Assembly: GCA_038276285.1 (NCBI GenBank) | Contig: JBBPZR010000119.1 | Location: forward strand, 6,943 to 70,942 | Direction of reading: 5' to 3' | Length of the DNA stretch: 64,000 nucleotides | From: Mycobacteriales bacterium | GTDB lineage: Bacteria > Actinomycetota > Actinomycetes > Mycobacteriales > QHCA01 | Part shown: positions 18,704-27,062 of the stretch, one piece after another | How the letters are laid out: each line of letters begins with the position of its first letter | How positions within the stretch are numbered: the first letter of the stretch is position 1 | Notes under the pieces: generated by a model | Databases searched by the model: none | What the model was told of the DNA's origin: nothing | The model's input: the letters and a program-made list of their open reading frames with translations, nothing else | Translations under genes and position numbers: made by a program

Positions 18704-19420
18704 GTGATGTGCATTTTCAGACACCGTCGAATCGACCGGGCCACCGCCGAGCGCTTGCTCGCCGGCGGTCTCGTGGATGCACCTGACGGCCTCGTAACCC
18801 TCCTCGCGGCGGCGGTAGCTCCTGGCCATCCGAGCGAGTTGTCGGGCGAGACGAGGGCCCTCGCGGCCTTCCGCGCAGAGCGCCCCGTCGTCCCCACGAC
18901 TCGGAGTCGCCCCGTGATAACCAAAATACTCGCCACCGCAGCCGCCGCAGTCGTCGTCAGTGTCGGTGGCGTCTCCTTCGCGGCCAGCACGGGCGCCCTG
19001 CCGTCCAAGGCGCAGGCGGCCGCCCACAACGTCTTCGGCGGCCTGCCGCCCGCACACGGCAACTCCGCTCATGCGAAGAGCCAGCACGCCAAGCACGCCA
19101 CGGGCCGGTCGGCTACGCACGGGACCCCATCGCCGTCGCTGGTCGGCTTGTGCCAGGCGTACAATTCCGGCGTCGCGAAGAGCAAGGGCAAGGCCCTCGA
19201 CAACCCGGCCTTCACCGTCCTGATCACCGCCGCGGGCGGCCAGGACCAGGTCGACGCCTACTGCCTCACGGTGCTGGCAGGTCACCCCAGCGGGCCGCCG
19301 GCCACGCGTCCCAGCGGCCCGCCGGCCACGCACCCGACCGGCCCGCCGGCGGCGCACCCGACCGGCCCGCCAGTCCCGCACCCCACCGGCAGCCCTACGG
19401 CCACGCCTGGCCGGCCCTGA
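18704..19420 (+). CDS. Single-pass membrane protein downstream of the ECF sigma (putative anti-sigma/partner) with a C-terminal octapeptide repeat
   Basis: The N-terminus RHRRIDRATAERLLAGG is typical of partners of this sigma class. One TM helix (ILATAAAAVVVSVGGVSFAA). Extracytoplasmic domain ends in 5 x [HR]P[ST]GPPxx. Confidence 0.65.
   Translation: MMCIFRHRRIDRATAERLLAGGLVDAPDGLVTLLAAAVAPGHPSELSGETRALAAFRAERPVVPTTRSRPVITKILATAAAAVVVSVGGVSFAASTGALPSKAQAAAHNVFGGLPPAHGNSAHAKSQHAKHATGRSATHGTPSPSLVGLCQAYNSGVAKSKGKALDNPAFTVLITAAGGQDQVDAYCLTVLAGHPSGPPATRPSGPPATHPTGPPAAHPTGPPVPHPTGSPTATPGRP
19283..19402 (+). repeat. In-frame tandem repeat, 5 x 24 bp (HPSGPPAT/RPSGPPAT/HPTGPPAA/HPTGPPVP/HPTGSPTA)
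   Basis: Direct inspection of DNA and translation at the 3' end of CDS 18704-19420. Confidence 0.9.
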
Positions 19421-19432
19421 TCACGGCAGCGG

Positions 19433-20854
19433 TCAGGCCGGGGAACTGCGCTCCCAGGTCTGACCGCCCGGCGTGTCGGTGACGGCAACGCCGAGACCGG
19501 CCAACTGCCCGCGGAGGGCGTCGGAGACCGCGAAGTCCTTGACCGCCCGCGCGGCGGCTCGCCGGTCGAGCAGAGCTTGCGCACCGTCGGGAAGCGCAAC
19601 GGCCGTCGCCGGCCGGCCGACGTCGCTGGCCAGGTCGAGGCCCAGCAGCCGGTCGAGGTGGGCGAACGTCTCGAACTTCGCTCCGTCGGGCAGCGCCGGG
19701 TCGCGCTCCAGTTCGCGCATGGCGACGACGGCCACCGGGGTGTTGAGGTCGTCATGGAACGCCTCGACCACGCGGGCCGCGTGGCGGGCCGACATCGGCT
19801 TGGACGGCGACTCGGCCCATCCCGCCACCCGTTGCCGCCACCGGCGCAGGGTGGTATCCGCGGCGGCGATCGCCTCCCAGGTGAGGTTCATCTGCTGGCG
19901 ATAGCTGCCCTGTAGGAACGCGAGCCGCAGCGCCAGCGGGTCGTACCCGCGCCCCTCGACATCGGCTACCAGCACGACGTTGCCGGTCGACTTGGCCATC
20001 TTGCGGCCCTCGAACAGCAGGTGCTCGCCGTGCACCCAGTGCCGCACGACCTCGTAGCCCGTACCGCGATCGACCGCGGAGTTGGACTGCGCCCGCTCGT
20101 CCTCGTGGTGGGGGAAGCGCAGGTCGATGCCACCGGTATGGATGTCGACGGTCGCGTCGAGGAACTCCACCGACATGGCGGAGCACTCGATATGCCAGCC
20201 GGGGAAACCGAGGCCCCACGGCGAGTCCCACACCATCTCGCGCCGCGGCCCGGCGCTCTTCCACAGCGCCCAGTCGGCGTGGAACCGCTTGGCGCCGTCG
20301 TCGACGGGGTCGACGAAGCGAAGACCCGGCCGCAGGGCGTCGAGGCGGTTGCCCGATAGCGCGCCGTACGTGGGAAACGAGCGGGCGTCGAAGTACAGGG
20401 TGCCGTCCCCGCCGAGGTAGGCGTGCCCCCTCTCCTCGAGGGTGCGCATCATCGCCTGCATGAGATCGATGCATTCCGAGGCACGGGGATAGCGGTCGGC
20501 CGGTTTGACCCCGATCGCGGCCTGGTCCCGGTGGAACTGCTCCTCGTAGAACCTGGCCAACGCGAACGGATCCTTGCCCTCTGCCCGCGCCTGGGCCAGG
20601 AGTTTGTCCTCGCCGGTATCCAGTTGGTCGTCCTGCATGTGCCCGACGTCGGTGATGTTCTGCACGAGGTCGACGCGCAGTCCGTCGTACTCAGCGACCC
20701 GCCGGATCAGATCGGAGAGCAGGAAGGTACGCAGATTGCCGACGTGGGCGTAGCGGTAGACGGTCGGGCCGCACGCATAGATCCGCAGCAGCCCCGGTGT
20801 CGACGCGACGATGTCCTCGACCTGCCGGGTCTTGCTATCAGTGAGACGGAGCAC
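19433..20854 (-). CDS. cysS: Cysteine--tRNA ligase (divergent CysS-type)
   Basis: GTG 20854 gives VLRLTDSKTRQVEDI...IYACGPTVYRYAHVGNLRTF. Also has KMAKSTGN (KMSKS), PGWHIECS, and a C-terminal KDFAVSDALRGQLAGLGVAVTDTPGGQTW tail typical of CysS rather than MshC. Confidence 0.8.
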   Translation of the reverse strand: MLRLTDSKTRQVEDIVASTPGLLRIYACGPTVYRYAHVGNLRTFLLSDLIRRVAEYDGLRVDLVQNITDVGHMQDDQLDTGEDKLLAQARAEGKDPFALARFYEEQFHRDQAAIGVKPADRYPRASECIDLMQAMMRTLEERGHAYLGGDGTLYFDARSFPTYGALSGNRLDALRPGLRFVDPVDDGAKRFHADWALWKSAGPRREMVWDSPWGLGFPGWHIECSAMSVEFLDATVDIHTGGIDLRFPHHEDERAQSNSAVDRGTGYEVVRHWVHGEHLLFEGRKMAKSTGNVVLVADVEGRGYDPLALRLAFLQGSYRQQMNLTWEAIAAADTTLRRWRQRVAGWAESPSKPMSARHAARVVEAFHDDLNTPVAVVAMRELERDPALPDGAKFETFAHLDRLLGLDLASDVGRPATAVALPDGAQALLDRRAAARAVKDFAVSDALRGQLAGLGVAVTDTPGGQTWERSSPA

Positions 20855-20894
20855 GTCGCCAGCGTAGTAACCGCGTGTGCGGCACGATCTCGGT

Positions 20895-21675
20895 ATGGAT
20901 CGGGTACGTGGTCGCGTCGCTCTCGTCACCGGTGTGAGCCGGCGGGCCGGCATCGGGGCAGCCTCGCCCGGCGGCTCGCCGCCGACGGTGGGGACCTGTT
21001 CCTGCACTCGTGGAGCCCACCCGACGCCGAGCAGCCGTGGGGGGCCGACGAGGGCGGCCTCGAAGCCGTGATGGACGAGGTGCGCTCCGGTGGGCGCCGG
21101 GTGGAGCATGCCGCCGCCGACCTCGCCGACCCGGCGGCGCCCCGGCGGCTCATGGCGGCCGCGCGGTCGGCCTTCGGCCACGTCGACGTGGTCGTCGCCA
21201 ACCACGCCCGGTCGTCGCGGCAGTCCCTCGAACAGCTCACCGCGGCCGAGTTGGACCTGTCGTACGCCGTCAACACGCGCGCGACGCTGCTGCTGGTCAA
21301 GGAGTACGCGGTCGCACCGGACGGTGACATCGACCAGGGGTCAGTGGTGCTGTTCACCTCGGGTCAGCACCTACGACCGGGCGTGCGGAGATCCCCTATC
21401 TGGCGAGCAAGGGAGCGCTGCATCAGATCACGAGGACCCTGGCGGCGCAGCTGGCACCGAGAGGGATCACCGTGAACTGCGTCAATCCCGGTCCTACCGA
21501 CACCGGCTGGGCGGATCAGGCAGCCCACGCCCAGGTGGCGCGGGTGATGCCGATGGGCCGCTGGAGCCGGCCGGAGGACGCGGCCCGCCTGGTGGCCTGG
21601 CTATGCGGTCCCGACGCGCGGTGGGTGACCGGCCAGGTGATCGACTCCGAGGGCGGCTTCGGCTTCCTCAGTTGA
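20895..21675 (+). pseudogene. Short-chain dehydrogenase/reductase broken by two frameshifts (~20964 and ~21380-21388)
   Basis: Three consecutive frames carry MDRVRGRVALVTGVSRRAGIGAA | ARRLAADGGDLFLHSW...VVANHARS...LFTSGQH | EIPYLASKGALHQITRTLAAQLAPRGITVNCVNPGPTDTGW...VTGQVIDSEGGF. Confidence 0.75.
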
Positions 21676-22432
21676 GCCGCGACCGGGCCATCCGGGCTTC
21701 CTGCCGCGACTGCGTGGCTCCCGGCGCGTCCACCTGCGCCACCGCGTCGGCGTATGCCTCGAGCTCGGTCGCGCCCCGGACGAAGTCACCGACCTGAACC
21801 AGCAGAACCCCGAGTTCGCGGCGGAGCTGGACCGGATGGCGCGGCAGAAGCAGGGACAGCTCGGTGGCCCACAGCGCCGTCCGGCTCGACTCGACCATCA
21901 CCGGCCGGGCCGCCGCTTGCGCGCGGACGTTGTTGAGCACCCGCAAGACGACCTCGCGGGGGTCGTACGGCCGTGAGTCGGGCGGGTCGCTGTCGAGCAT
22001 CGTCCCGCTCGTGAACACGTCGACGACCGCGTGCGGGCCCTTGGGTGTGCCGACTCCGACCAGGAAGTGGCCGGGCAGCCCGATCGGGAAGGCCGGCAGT
22101 CCGGCCCGCCTGGCCACCTCCAGCCAGACCACGCTCAGCAGGATCGGCAGACCGCGCTGGCGGCGCAGGACCTCATGCAGGAGCGTGGCGCGCGGATCGG
22201 CGTAGTCGTCGGCGCTGCCCCCGAATGCCCCCAGCGCCGAGTGCCGCGCCAGAGCGCAAGCGGCCGGGTCGGACCGGTCGGCGGCCGGCACACCGGAGGC
22301 GAGCCGGTCAAGCTCGGCCAGGCCCACGGAGACGTCGAGGTCGGGATCGACCTCCTGGCACATGAGCAGGCAGGCCAGCCCGAGATCGACAGGCTCGGCC
22401 CAGACCGCCCGCCGGAAGTCCTCCCGACTCAA
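21668..22432 (-). CDS. Transglutaminase-like/TPR (SirB1/UPF0162-like) protein
   Basis: Core RGLPILLSVVWLEVARRAGLPAFPIGLPGHFLV plus a helical-repeat C-terminus. TTG start overlaps the upstream stop (TTGA). Confidence 0.6.
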   Translation of the reverse strand: MSREDFRRAVWAEPVDLGLACLLMCQEVDPDLDVSVGLAELDRLASGVPAADRSDPAACALARHSALGAFGGSADDYADPRATLLHEVLRRQRGLPILLSVVWLEVARRAGLPAFPIGLPGHFLVGVGTPKGPHAVVDVFTSGTMLDSDPPDSRPYDPREVVLRVLNNVRAQAAARPVMVESSRTALWATELSLLLPRHPVQLRRELGVLLVQVGDFVRGATELEAYADAVAQVDAPGATQSRQEARMARSRLN

Positions 22433-23208
22433 GGCGGCGTCCGGTAGTGATAGCGGTGGGAAATGCCGAATCCGAGCCGGTCGTACATCGCCTGAGCTGC
22501 GACGTTGTCCTCCATCACCTGCAGATAGACCCTGGTCGCGCCGCGGTCCGCCGCCCACTCGATCACCGCGCGGAGCAGGTGGTCGCCGATGCCGCGCCGT
22601 CGGGCGGCCGGCACCGTCTCCAGGGCCGTGATCCCGCACCAGATCGCTCCGGCCGGGTCATTGTCGACCACCGCCCGCGCGACACCCAGGACCGTGCCGT
22701 CGACGATCATCGCGGCGAAGATGGGATCGGCGGCCGCGGTCATGACTCGCAAGGCGACCGGCGGCAACTTCCCGCCGCCTCGGTAGTGGTAGGCGGCGAG
22801 CCACTCCTGACTGGGTTCGCGGTCCAGGGCGACCGCCGGCAACTCCGGGTGCGCGGGCGACGCCGCGAGCACGGCCGCCACGTCGGCGATGCGTACCAGC
22901 GTCGGGTTGTAGGCCCGCCACCCGCGGGCGTCGAGTGCCTCGTCGAGGTCGGTGCACAGCGGCAGGGGGACCTGGAAGCGCGCCGGCAGTCCCTGGCTCG
23001 CGTACCACCGCAGAACGCTCGCCAGCGCCTCATCGAGCGGCAGATCGGGCTCGCCCAGGGGCAGCACCGAGTTGGCCCGGCCGGTCCAGCCCTCGCCGGC
23101 CCGAAGCAGCCAGTCACCGAGCCGGGATGTGCTGGGAGCGGGCCAGCCGAGCGCGGCCACCTCTTCCAGCCGCCGAATATCGTCGCTCGGCACGGTCTGA
23201 ACGGGCAC
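22429..23208 (-). CDS. GNAT family N-acetyltransferase
   Basis: The C-terminal acetyl-CoA motif region is ALETVPAARRRGIGDHLLRAVIEWAADRGATRVYLQV...NVAAQAMYDRLGF. Start is approximate (GTG 23208 or 23193). Confidence 0.8.
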   Translation of the reverse strand: MPVQTVPSDDIRRLEEVAALGWPAPSTSRLGDWLLRAGEGWTGRANSVLPLGEPDLPLDEALASVLRWYASQGLPARFQVPLPLCTDLDEALDARGWRAYNPTLVRIADVAAVLAASPAHPELPAVALDREPSQEWLAAYHYRGGGKLPPVALRVMTAAADPIFAAMIVDGTVLGVARAVVDNDPAGAIWCGITALETVPAARRRGIGDHLLRAVIEWAADRGATRVYLQVMEDNVAAQAMYDRLGFGISHRYHYRTPP

Positions 23209-23390
23209 GGTGGCCGATGACAAGCTCGAAACTCCGAGGTGGCTAGAACGAGGCCGAGCGGGTCGCAGGCCCTGCTGATTCCTACGTTCCTGTGGCACGA
23301 GCCGGCATGGACGCACCAGAGGCTATCGCAACCGCCGCCGTCGAGCCCCGCGCCGCGTGGCCGGCCTGGCCGCGCCCATCGGTGCGGCTA

Positions 23391-24251
23391 TCACTCGGCT
23401 GGCGCTGGGGCGAACGCGACGGCGTGTTCCTCGGCCCAGGCCAGGTAATCCCGCGCCGGCCGCCCTAGCAACGCCGGGACGTCGTCGGTCATGATGTCGA
23501 CCGTGCCGGCCTTCACCGCGGCGCAGTACTCGACCTGCAGGGCGACCAGAGGCGGCGGGAACCCGGCCTGCTCCATCCCGGCCCGGAAGGCCTCCTCGGG
23601 TACGTCGACGTGCTGGACCGGGCGGCCGATGACGGCGCTCAGGTGCGCCGCGACGTCTGCGGTGCTGAGCGCCTCCGGCCCAGTGATCCGGTAGGTCACC
23701 CCGTCATGGCCGTCAGTGGTGAGCACGCGCGCGGCGACCGCGGCGATATCCGACGGGTCGACGAAACCGACCCGTCCGGTGCCGGTCGGCACGAAGATCG
23801 ATCCCGCGGCCAGGATCGTGTCGCGCCACCACAGGGTGTTGGTCATGAACTCGCTCGGGTGCAGCAGGGTCCACCCCAGGCCCGACTCGCGCAGCAACCG
23901 CTCCCCGGGCTGGTGCGGCCGACCACCGCCGATGCCGCCCAGCTCGGCGCCGAGCGAGGACACCATCACCACCTGTTTGACGCCGGCCCGCTGTGCGGCC
24001 TCGATCAACGCGGCGTCCTGGGCCGGCACATCGGGGCCGGCGGCCAGAACGAACAGCGTGCTGATGCCTTCCATCGCCGGATCGAGCGTGGCCGGATCGT
24101 CGAGGTCGCCCTGGACCACGTGAACTCGGTCGCGGTAGCCGTCGAGTCGGTAGGGGTCGCGTACCAAGGCCCTGACCTCGGCCTCCGTACGGACCAGCTC
24201 GTCGAGGAGGTGACGACCGATGTTTCCGGTTGCGCCGGTGATCAGGATCAT
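23391..24251 (-). CDS. NmrA-like / atypical SDR NAD(P)-binding protein
   Basis: N-terminal Rossmann motif MILITGATGNIGRHL, 286 aa. Confidence 0.8.
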   Translation of the reverse strand: MILITGATGNIGRHLLDELVRTEAEVRALVRDPYRLDGYRDRVHVVQGDLDDPATLDPAMEGISTLFVLAAGPDVPAQDAALIEAAQRAGVKQVVMVSSLGAELGGIGGGRPHQPGERLLRESGLGWTLLHPSEFMTNTLWWRDTILAAGSIFVPTGTGRVGFVDPSDIAAVAARVLTTDGHDGVTYRITGPEALSTADVAAHLSAVIGRPVQHVDVPEEAFRAGMEQAGFPPPLVALQVEYCAAVKAGTVDIMTDDVPALLGRPARDYLAWAEEHAVAFAPAPAE

Positions 24252-24393
24252 GGTGGCCCTTCGACTCGGTAGGCCGCATCATCGGTGACACTAGAGGGCG
24301 GCCGGGGGCGTCCTGCGGCCCCCGGCGTAGCGATCGGCGAGATTCTCGTGATACTAGAAGCCAGAACCCGTAACCGCTGAGAGGACCGTGCCC

Positions 24394-24720
24394 GTGACCT
24401 ACGTCATCGCCGAGCCCTGCGTGGATGTGCTCGACAAGGCGTGCATAGAAGAGTGCCCGGTCGATTGCATCTACACGGGCAACCGAATGCTCTACATCCA
24501 CCCCGACGAGTGCGTCGACTGCGGCGCATGTGAGCCGGTCTGCCCGGTCGAGGCCATCTTCTACGAAGACGACACACCCGAGCAGTGGAAGGACTACTAC
24601 AAGGCCAATGTCGAGTTCTTCGACGACATCGGATCGCCCGGCGGGGCATCCAAGATCGGCAACATCGACAAGGACCACCCGATCGTCGCCGCGCTTCCGC
24701 CCATGGGCGGCGAGCACTGA
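24394..24720 (+). CDS. fdxA: 7Fe ferredoxin ([3Fe-4S][4Fe-4S])
   Basis: TYVIAEPCVDVLDKACIEECPVDCIY...CVDCGACEPVCPVEAI. GTG 24394 has better spacing to the GAGAGGA RBS than GTG 24388. Confidence 0.9.
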   Translation: MTYVIAEPCVDVLDKACIEECPVDCIYTGNRMLYIHPDECVDCGACEPVCPVEAIFYEDDTPEQWKDYYKANVEFFDDIGSPGGASKIGNIDKDHPIVAALPPMGGEH

Positions 24721-24794
24721 TCTCGTCACCTTCTCCATCCGGACCGGACCCGTCCCGACCACCCGACGCGCCGCCTGCCCCTGGGGGCAAGGCG

Positions 24795-25901
24795 GTGCGT
24801 CGCTTGTCACCCCCGGCCCTGCCGGTGTTCCCGTGGGAGCGGCTCGCTCCGTACGCGGAGATTGCCAGCGCCCATCCCGGCGGCCTGGTCGACCTGTCCG
24901 TCGGCACGCCGGTGGACCCGACACCGGCGATAGTGCAGGACGCGCTGCGTGGCGCGGCCAACGCGCCGGGCTATCCGCTGACGGCGGGCTCTCCGGCGGT
25001 GCGCGCCGCGGTGGCCGGGTGGCTGGCCCGGCGGCTTGGCGTCCGCGGGCTCGACCCGTCAGCCGTGCTGCCGACCATCGGCTCGAAGGAACTGGTCGCC
25101 CTGTTGCCGAGCCTGCTCGGGCTGGGTGCCGGCGACCTCGTGGTGTATCCCGAGCTGGCCTACCCGACCTATGACATCGGCGCAAGGCTGGCCGGCGCGG
25201 AACCTGTGGCCGCCGACGGCCTCGCGGCGCTCGGCCCGGCACCGGTGAGGCTGGTCTGGGTGAACTCGCCGGCCAATCCCAGCGGGCGCGTCCTGCCGGT
25301 CGAGCACCTGCGCAAGGTGGTGTCGTGGGCCCGCGAGCGCGGTGCCGTGGTGGCCGGCGACGAGTGCTACATCGAACTCGGCTGGGAGCAGGAGACGGTG
25401 TCCGTGCTGCATCCCGACGTGTGTGGTGACAGCCATGACGGGGTGCTCGCCGTGCACTCGCTGTCCAAGCGGTCCAACCTGGCCGGCTATCGCGCCGGCT
25501 TCGTCGCCGGTGATCCGGCTCTGGTGGGGCGGCTGCTGGCGGTACGCCGGCACGCGGGGCTGATCGTTCCGGCGCCCGTGCAGGCGGCGATGACGGCGGC
25601 GTACGGCGACGAGACACACGTCGCCGAGCAGCGCGCGCGATATGCCGCCCGCCGCGACGCGCTGCTCGGTGCGCTGGTGGCGTACGGCCTGCGGATCGAG
25701 CACTCGACGGCCGGTCTGTACCTCTGGGCGACCGCCGACGAGGACTGCTGGGCCACCGTGGGACGACTCGCGGCACTGGGCGTGCTGGTCGCGCCGGGGG
25801 AGTTCTACGGTCGCGCCGGGCACCGTCACGTCCGGGTGGCGCTCACCGCCACCGATGAGCGGATCGCCGCGGCCGCCGCCCGGTTGACCACCGCAGGATG
25901 A
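24795..25901 (+). CDS. dapC: Succinyldiaminopimelate aminotransferase (actinobacterial DapC type)
   Basis: The N-terminus LPVFPWERLAPYAEIASAHPGGLVDLSVGTPVDPTP and SLSKRSNLAGYRAGF (PLP lysine) are present. Lies directly downstream of the ferredoxin gene, as in other actinobacteria. Confidence 0.85.
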   Translation: MRRLSPPALPVFPWERLAPYAEIASAHPGGLVDLSVGTPVDPTPAIVQDALRGAANAPGYPLTAGSPAVRAAVAGWLARRLGVRGLDPSAVLPTIGSKELVALLPSLLGLGAGDLVVYPELAYPTYDIGARLAGAEPVAADGLAALGPAPVRLVWVNSPANPSGRVLPVEHLRKVVSWARERGAVVAGDECYIELGWEQETVSVLHPDVCGDSHDGVLAVHSLSKRSNLAGYRAGFVAGDPALVGRLLAVRRHAGLIVPAPVQAAMTAAYGDETHVAEQRARYAARRDALLGALVAYGLRIEHSTAGLYLWATADEDCWATVGRLAALGVLVAPGEFYGRAGHRHVRVALTATDERIAAAAARLTTAG

Positions 25902-26500
25902 GCACCCGGGTCTATCTCGAGGCGGGGAAGAAGTGGGTCTTCGCCTGCGCGGTCGACTGGCCGGGTTGGTGCCGACGGGGCAAGGGCGAGCAGGCAGCGC
26001 TCGATGTGCTGCTGGATTACGCCGACCGCTACGCCGTGGTAGCCGGGTCCGACTTTGCTCCGACCGACCTGCAGATCATCGGCCGGCTCCGGGGCACCAT
26101 GACCACGGACTTCGGTGCGCCCGACGCCATTGGCGACTGGGACGAGGAACCGTTGGACGCGACGGAGGCCGCTCGGCTGGCCGGTCTGCTCGCTGCGATC
26201 TGGCGACGTTTCGACGAGGTGGTCTCGGACGCTCCCGCCGAGTTGCGCAAGGGCCCGCGCGGCGGCGGTCGCGACCGTGACGCGATCGCCGACCACGTAC
26301 GGGAGGCCGAGCGCAGCTATGGCCGCAAGATCGGGGTACGGCTGCCGCCCCGCACCCCCTGGGAGGAGCAGCGCACCGCTCTCCGGGACGTGATCCGGGC
26401 CGGGATACCGGACACCCCGTGGCCGGCCCCCTATGCCTGCCGACGCTGTGCCTGGCACGTCCTCGACCACGCCTGGGAGATCGAGGACCGCGGCACCTGA
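25898..26500 (+). CDS. Conserved hypothetical protein
   Basis: 200 aa with ATGA overlap to dapC. Protein-like composition (VYLEAGKKWVFACAVDWPGWCRRGKGEQAAL...AWHVLDHAWEIEDR). No family assigned. Confidence 0.6.
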   Translation: MSTRVYLEAGKKWVFACAVDWPGWCRRGKGEQAALDVLLDYADRYAVVAGSDFAPTDLQIIGRLRGTMTTDFGAPDAIGDWDEEPLDATEAARLAGLLAAIWRRFDEVVSDAPAELRKGPRGGGRDRDAIADHVREAERSYGRKIGVRLPPRTPWEEQRTALRDVIRAGIPDTPWPAPYACRRCAWHVLDHAWEIEDRGT

Positions 26501-26538
26501 GCTCAGCCGGGGACCAGCCTCAACACTCGGGTGGCCCC

Positions 26539-26908
26539 TCAGAAGGCGCCGACGCCGTTCGGCGTGCCCAGGCCCGTCGGCGGGTCGTGCCCCCTTGAGT
26601 CCGGTGCAGAGATAGTCCCCTCCACAGAACCCGTTGGACCCGCCGATCACGTCGAACAGTGCTCTGCGGTGGGAGTACGGGTAGGCCGGTGGGATCGGCT
26701 TGGCGTTGCCGGCAAGGCCGCATCCGCCAGCGATCAGCGGCGTCGACGCGCTCGCGCCGCCGACGACCAGCCAGCCCGCCTCTTGGAAGCTGTCGTAGAC
26801 GGCCAGTCCGCTAGCCGGGTCGGCGACCGCGGAGACGTCAGCGACGGTACGCAGCCCACAGTGGCCGTCGTGCTGCTCCCTCCCTTGCGTTTTCCCGGAA
26901 AACGTCAC
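26539..26908 (-). pseudogene. C-terminal remnant of an S8/S53-type serine peptidase (5'-truncated and frameshifted)
   Basis: Only the last ~115 codons are present (RTVADVSAVADPASGLAVYDSFQEAGWLVVGGASASTPLIAG...SNGFCGGDYLCTGLKG). Removing one C from the C5 run at 26590-26594 restores ...HDPPTGLGTPNGVGAF* with TGA at 26541-26539. Confidence 0.7.
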
Positions 26909-26970
26909 TTCTCCGCGACGAGATCCGACGATTTCCGGGAAAACGCTGGATGGCGGGATGGGGTGGCGGG
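26883..26970 (+). repeat. ~85-bp element, copy B, carrying two palindromes (26887-26904 GCGTTTTCCCGGAAAACG; 26929-26945 CGATTTCCGGGAAAACG)
   Basis: Same architecture and orientation as 10105-10190. The second palindrome ends 118 nt before the dapD ATG. The first palindrome forms the apparent 5' end of the truncated peptidase ORF on the other strand. Confidence 0.8.
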
Positions 26971-27062
26971 CTCGGGCGCGCTCGTTGTCGTACTGCTGGT
27001 AGCTGGCGGGATCTCACCCGCACCGATTCTGTCCCAACCGAGGTCGCCTTAGGCTGGTCGGC

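Noticed and set aside
17825-19381. 518-aa minus-strand ORF
   Set aside because: It is antisense to the ECF sigma and partner genes, and its composition is low-complexity.
19433-20854. Calling the CysS-like gene mshC because mshB is nearby
   Set aside because: The N-terminal CGPTVY...H-x-G-x motif region and the C-terminal anticodon-binding-type tail (KDFAVSDALR...VTDTPGG) match CysS. The MshC sequence as I recall it (CGITPYDATHLGH, no such tail) does not fit.
23713-25776. 687-aa minus-strand ORF
   Set aside because: It overlaps well-supported genes (the NmrA-like gene out of frame; the ferredoxin gene and dapC antisense). The translation is Arg/Pro/Ala-rich and not protein-like.
10105-26970. 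The two direct copies of the paired-palindrome element as boundaries of a 16.8-kb genomic island
   Set aside because: The interval contains housekeeping genes (mshB, cysS, ferredoxin, dapC) in an order conserved with mycobacteria. It has no integrase or transposase, no tRNA, and no compositional shift.
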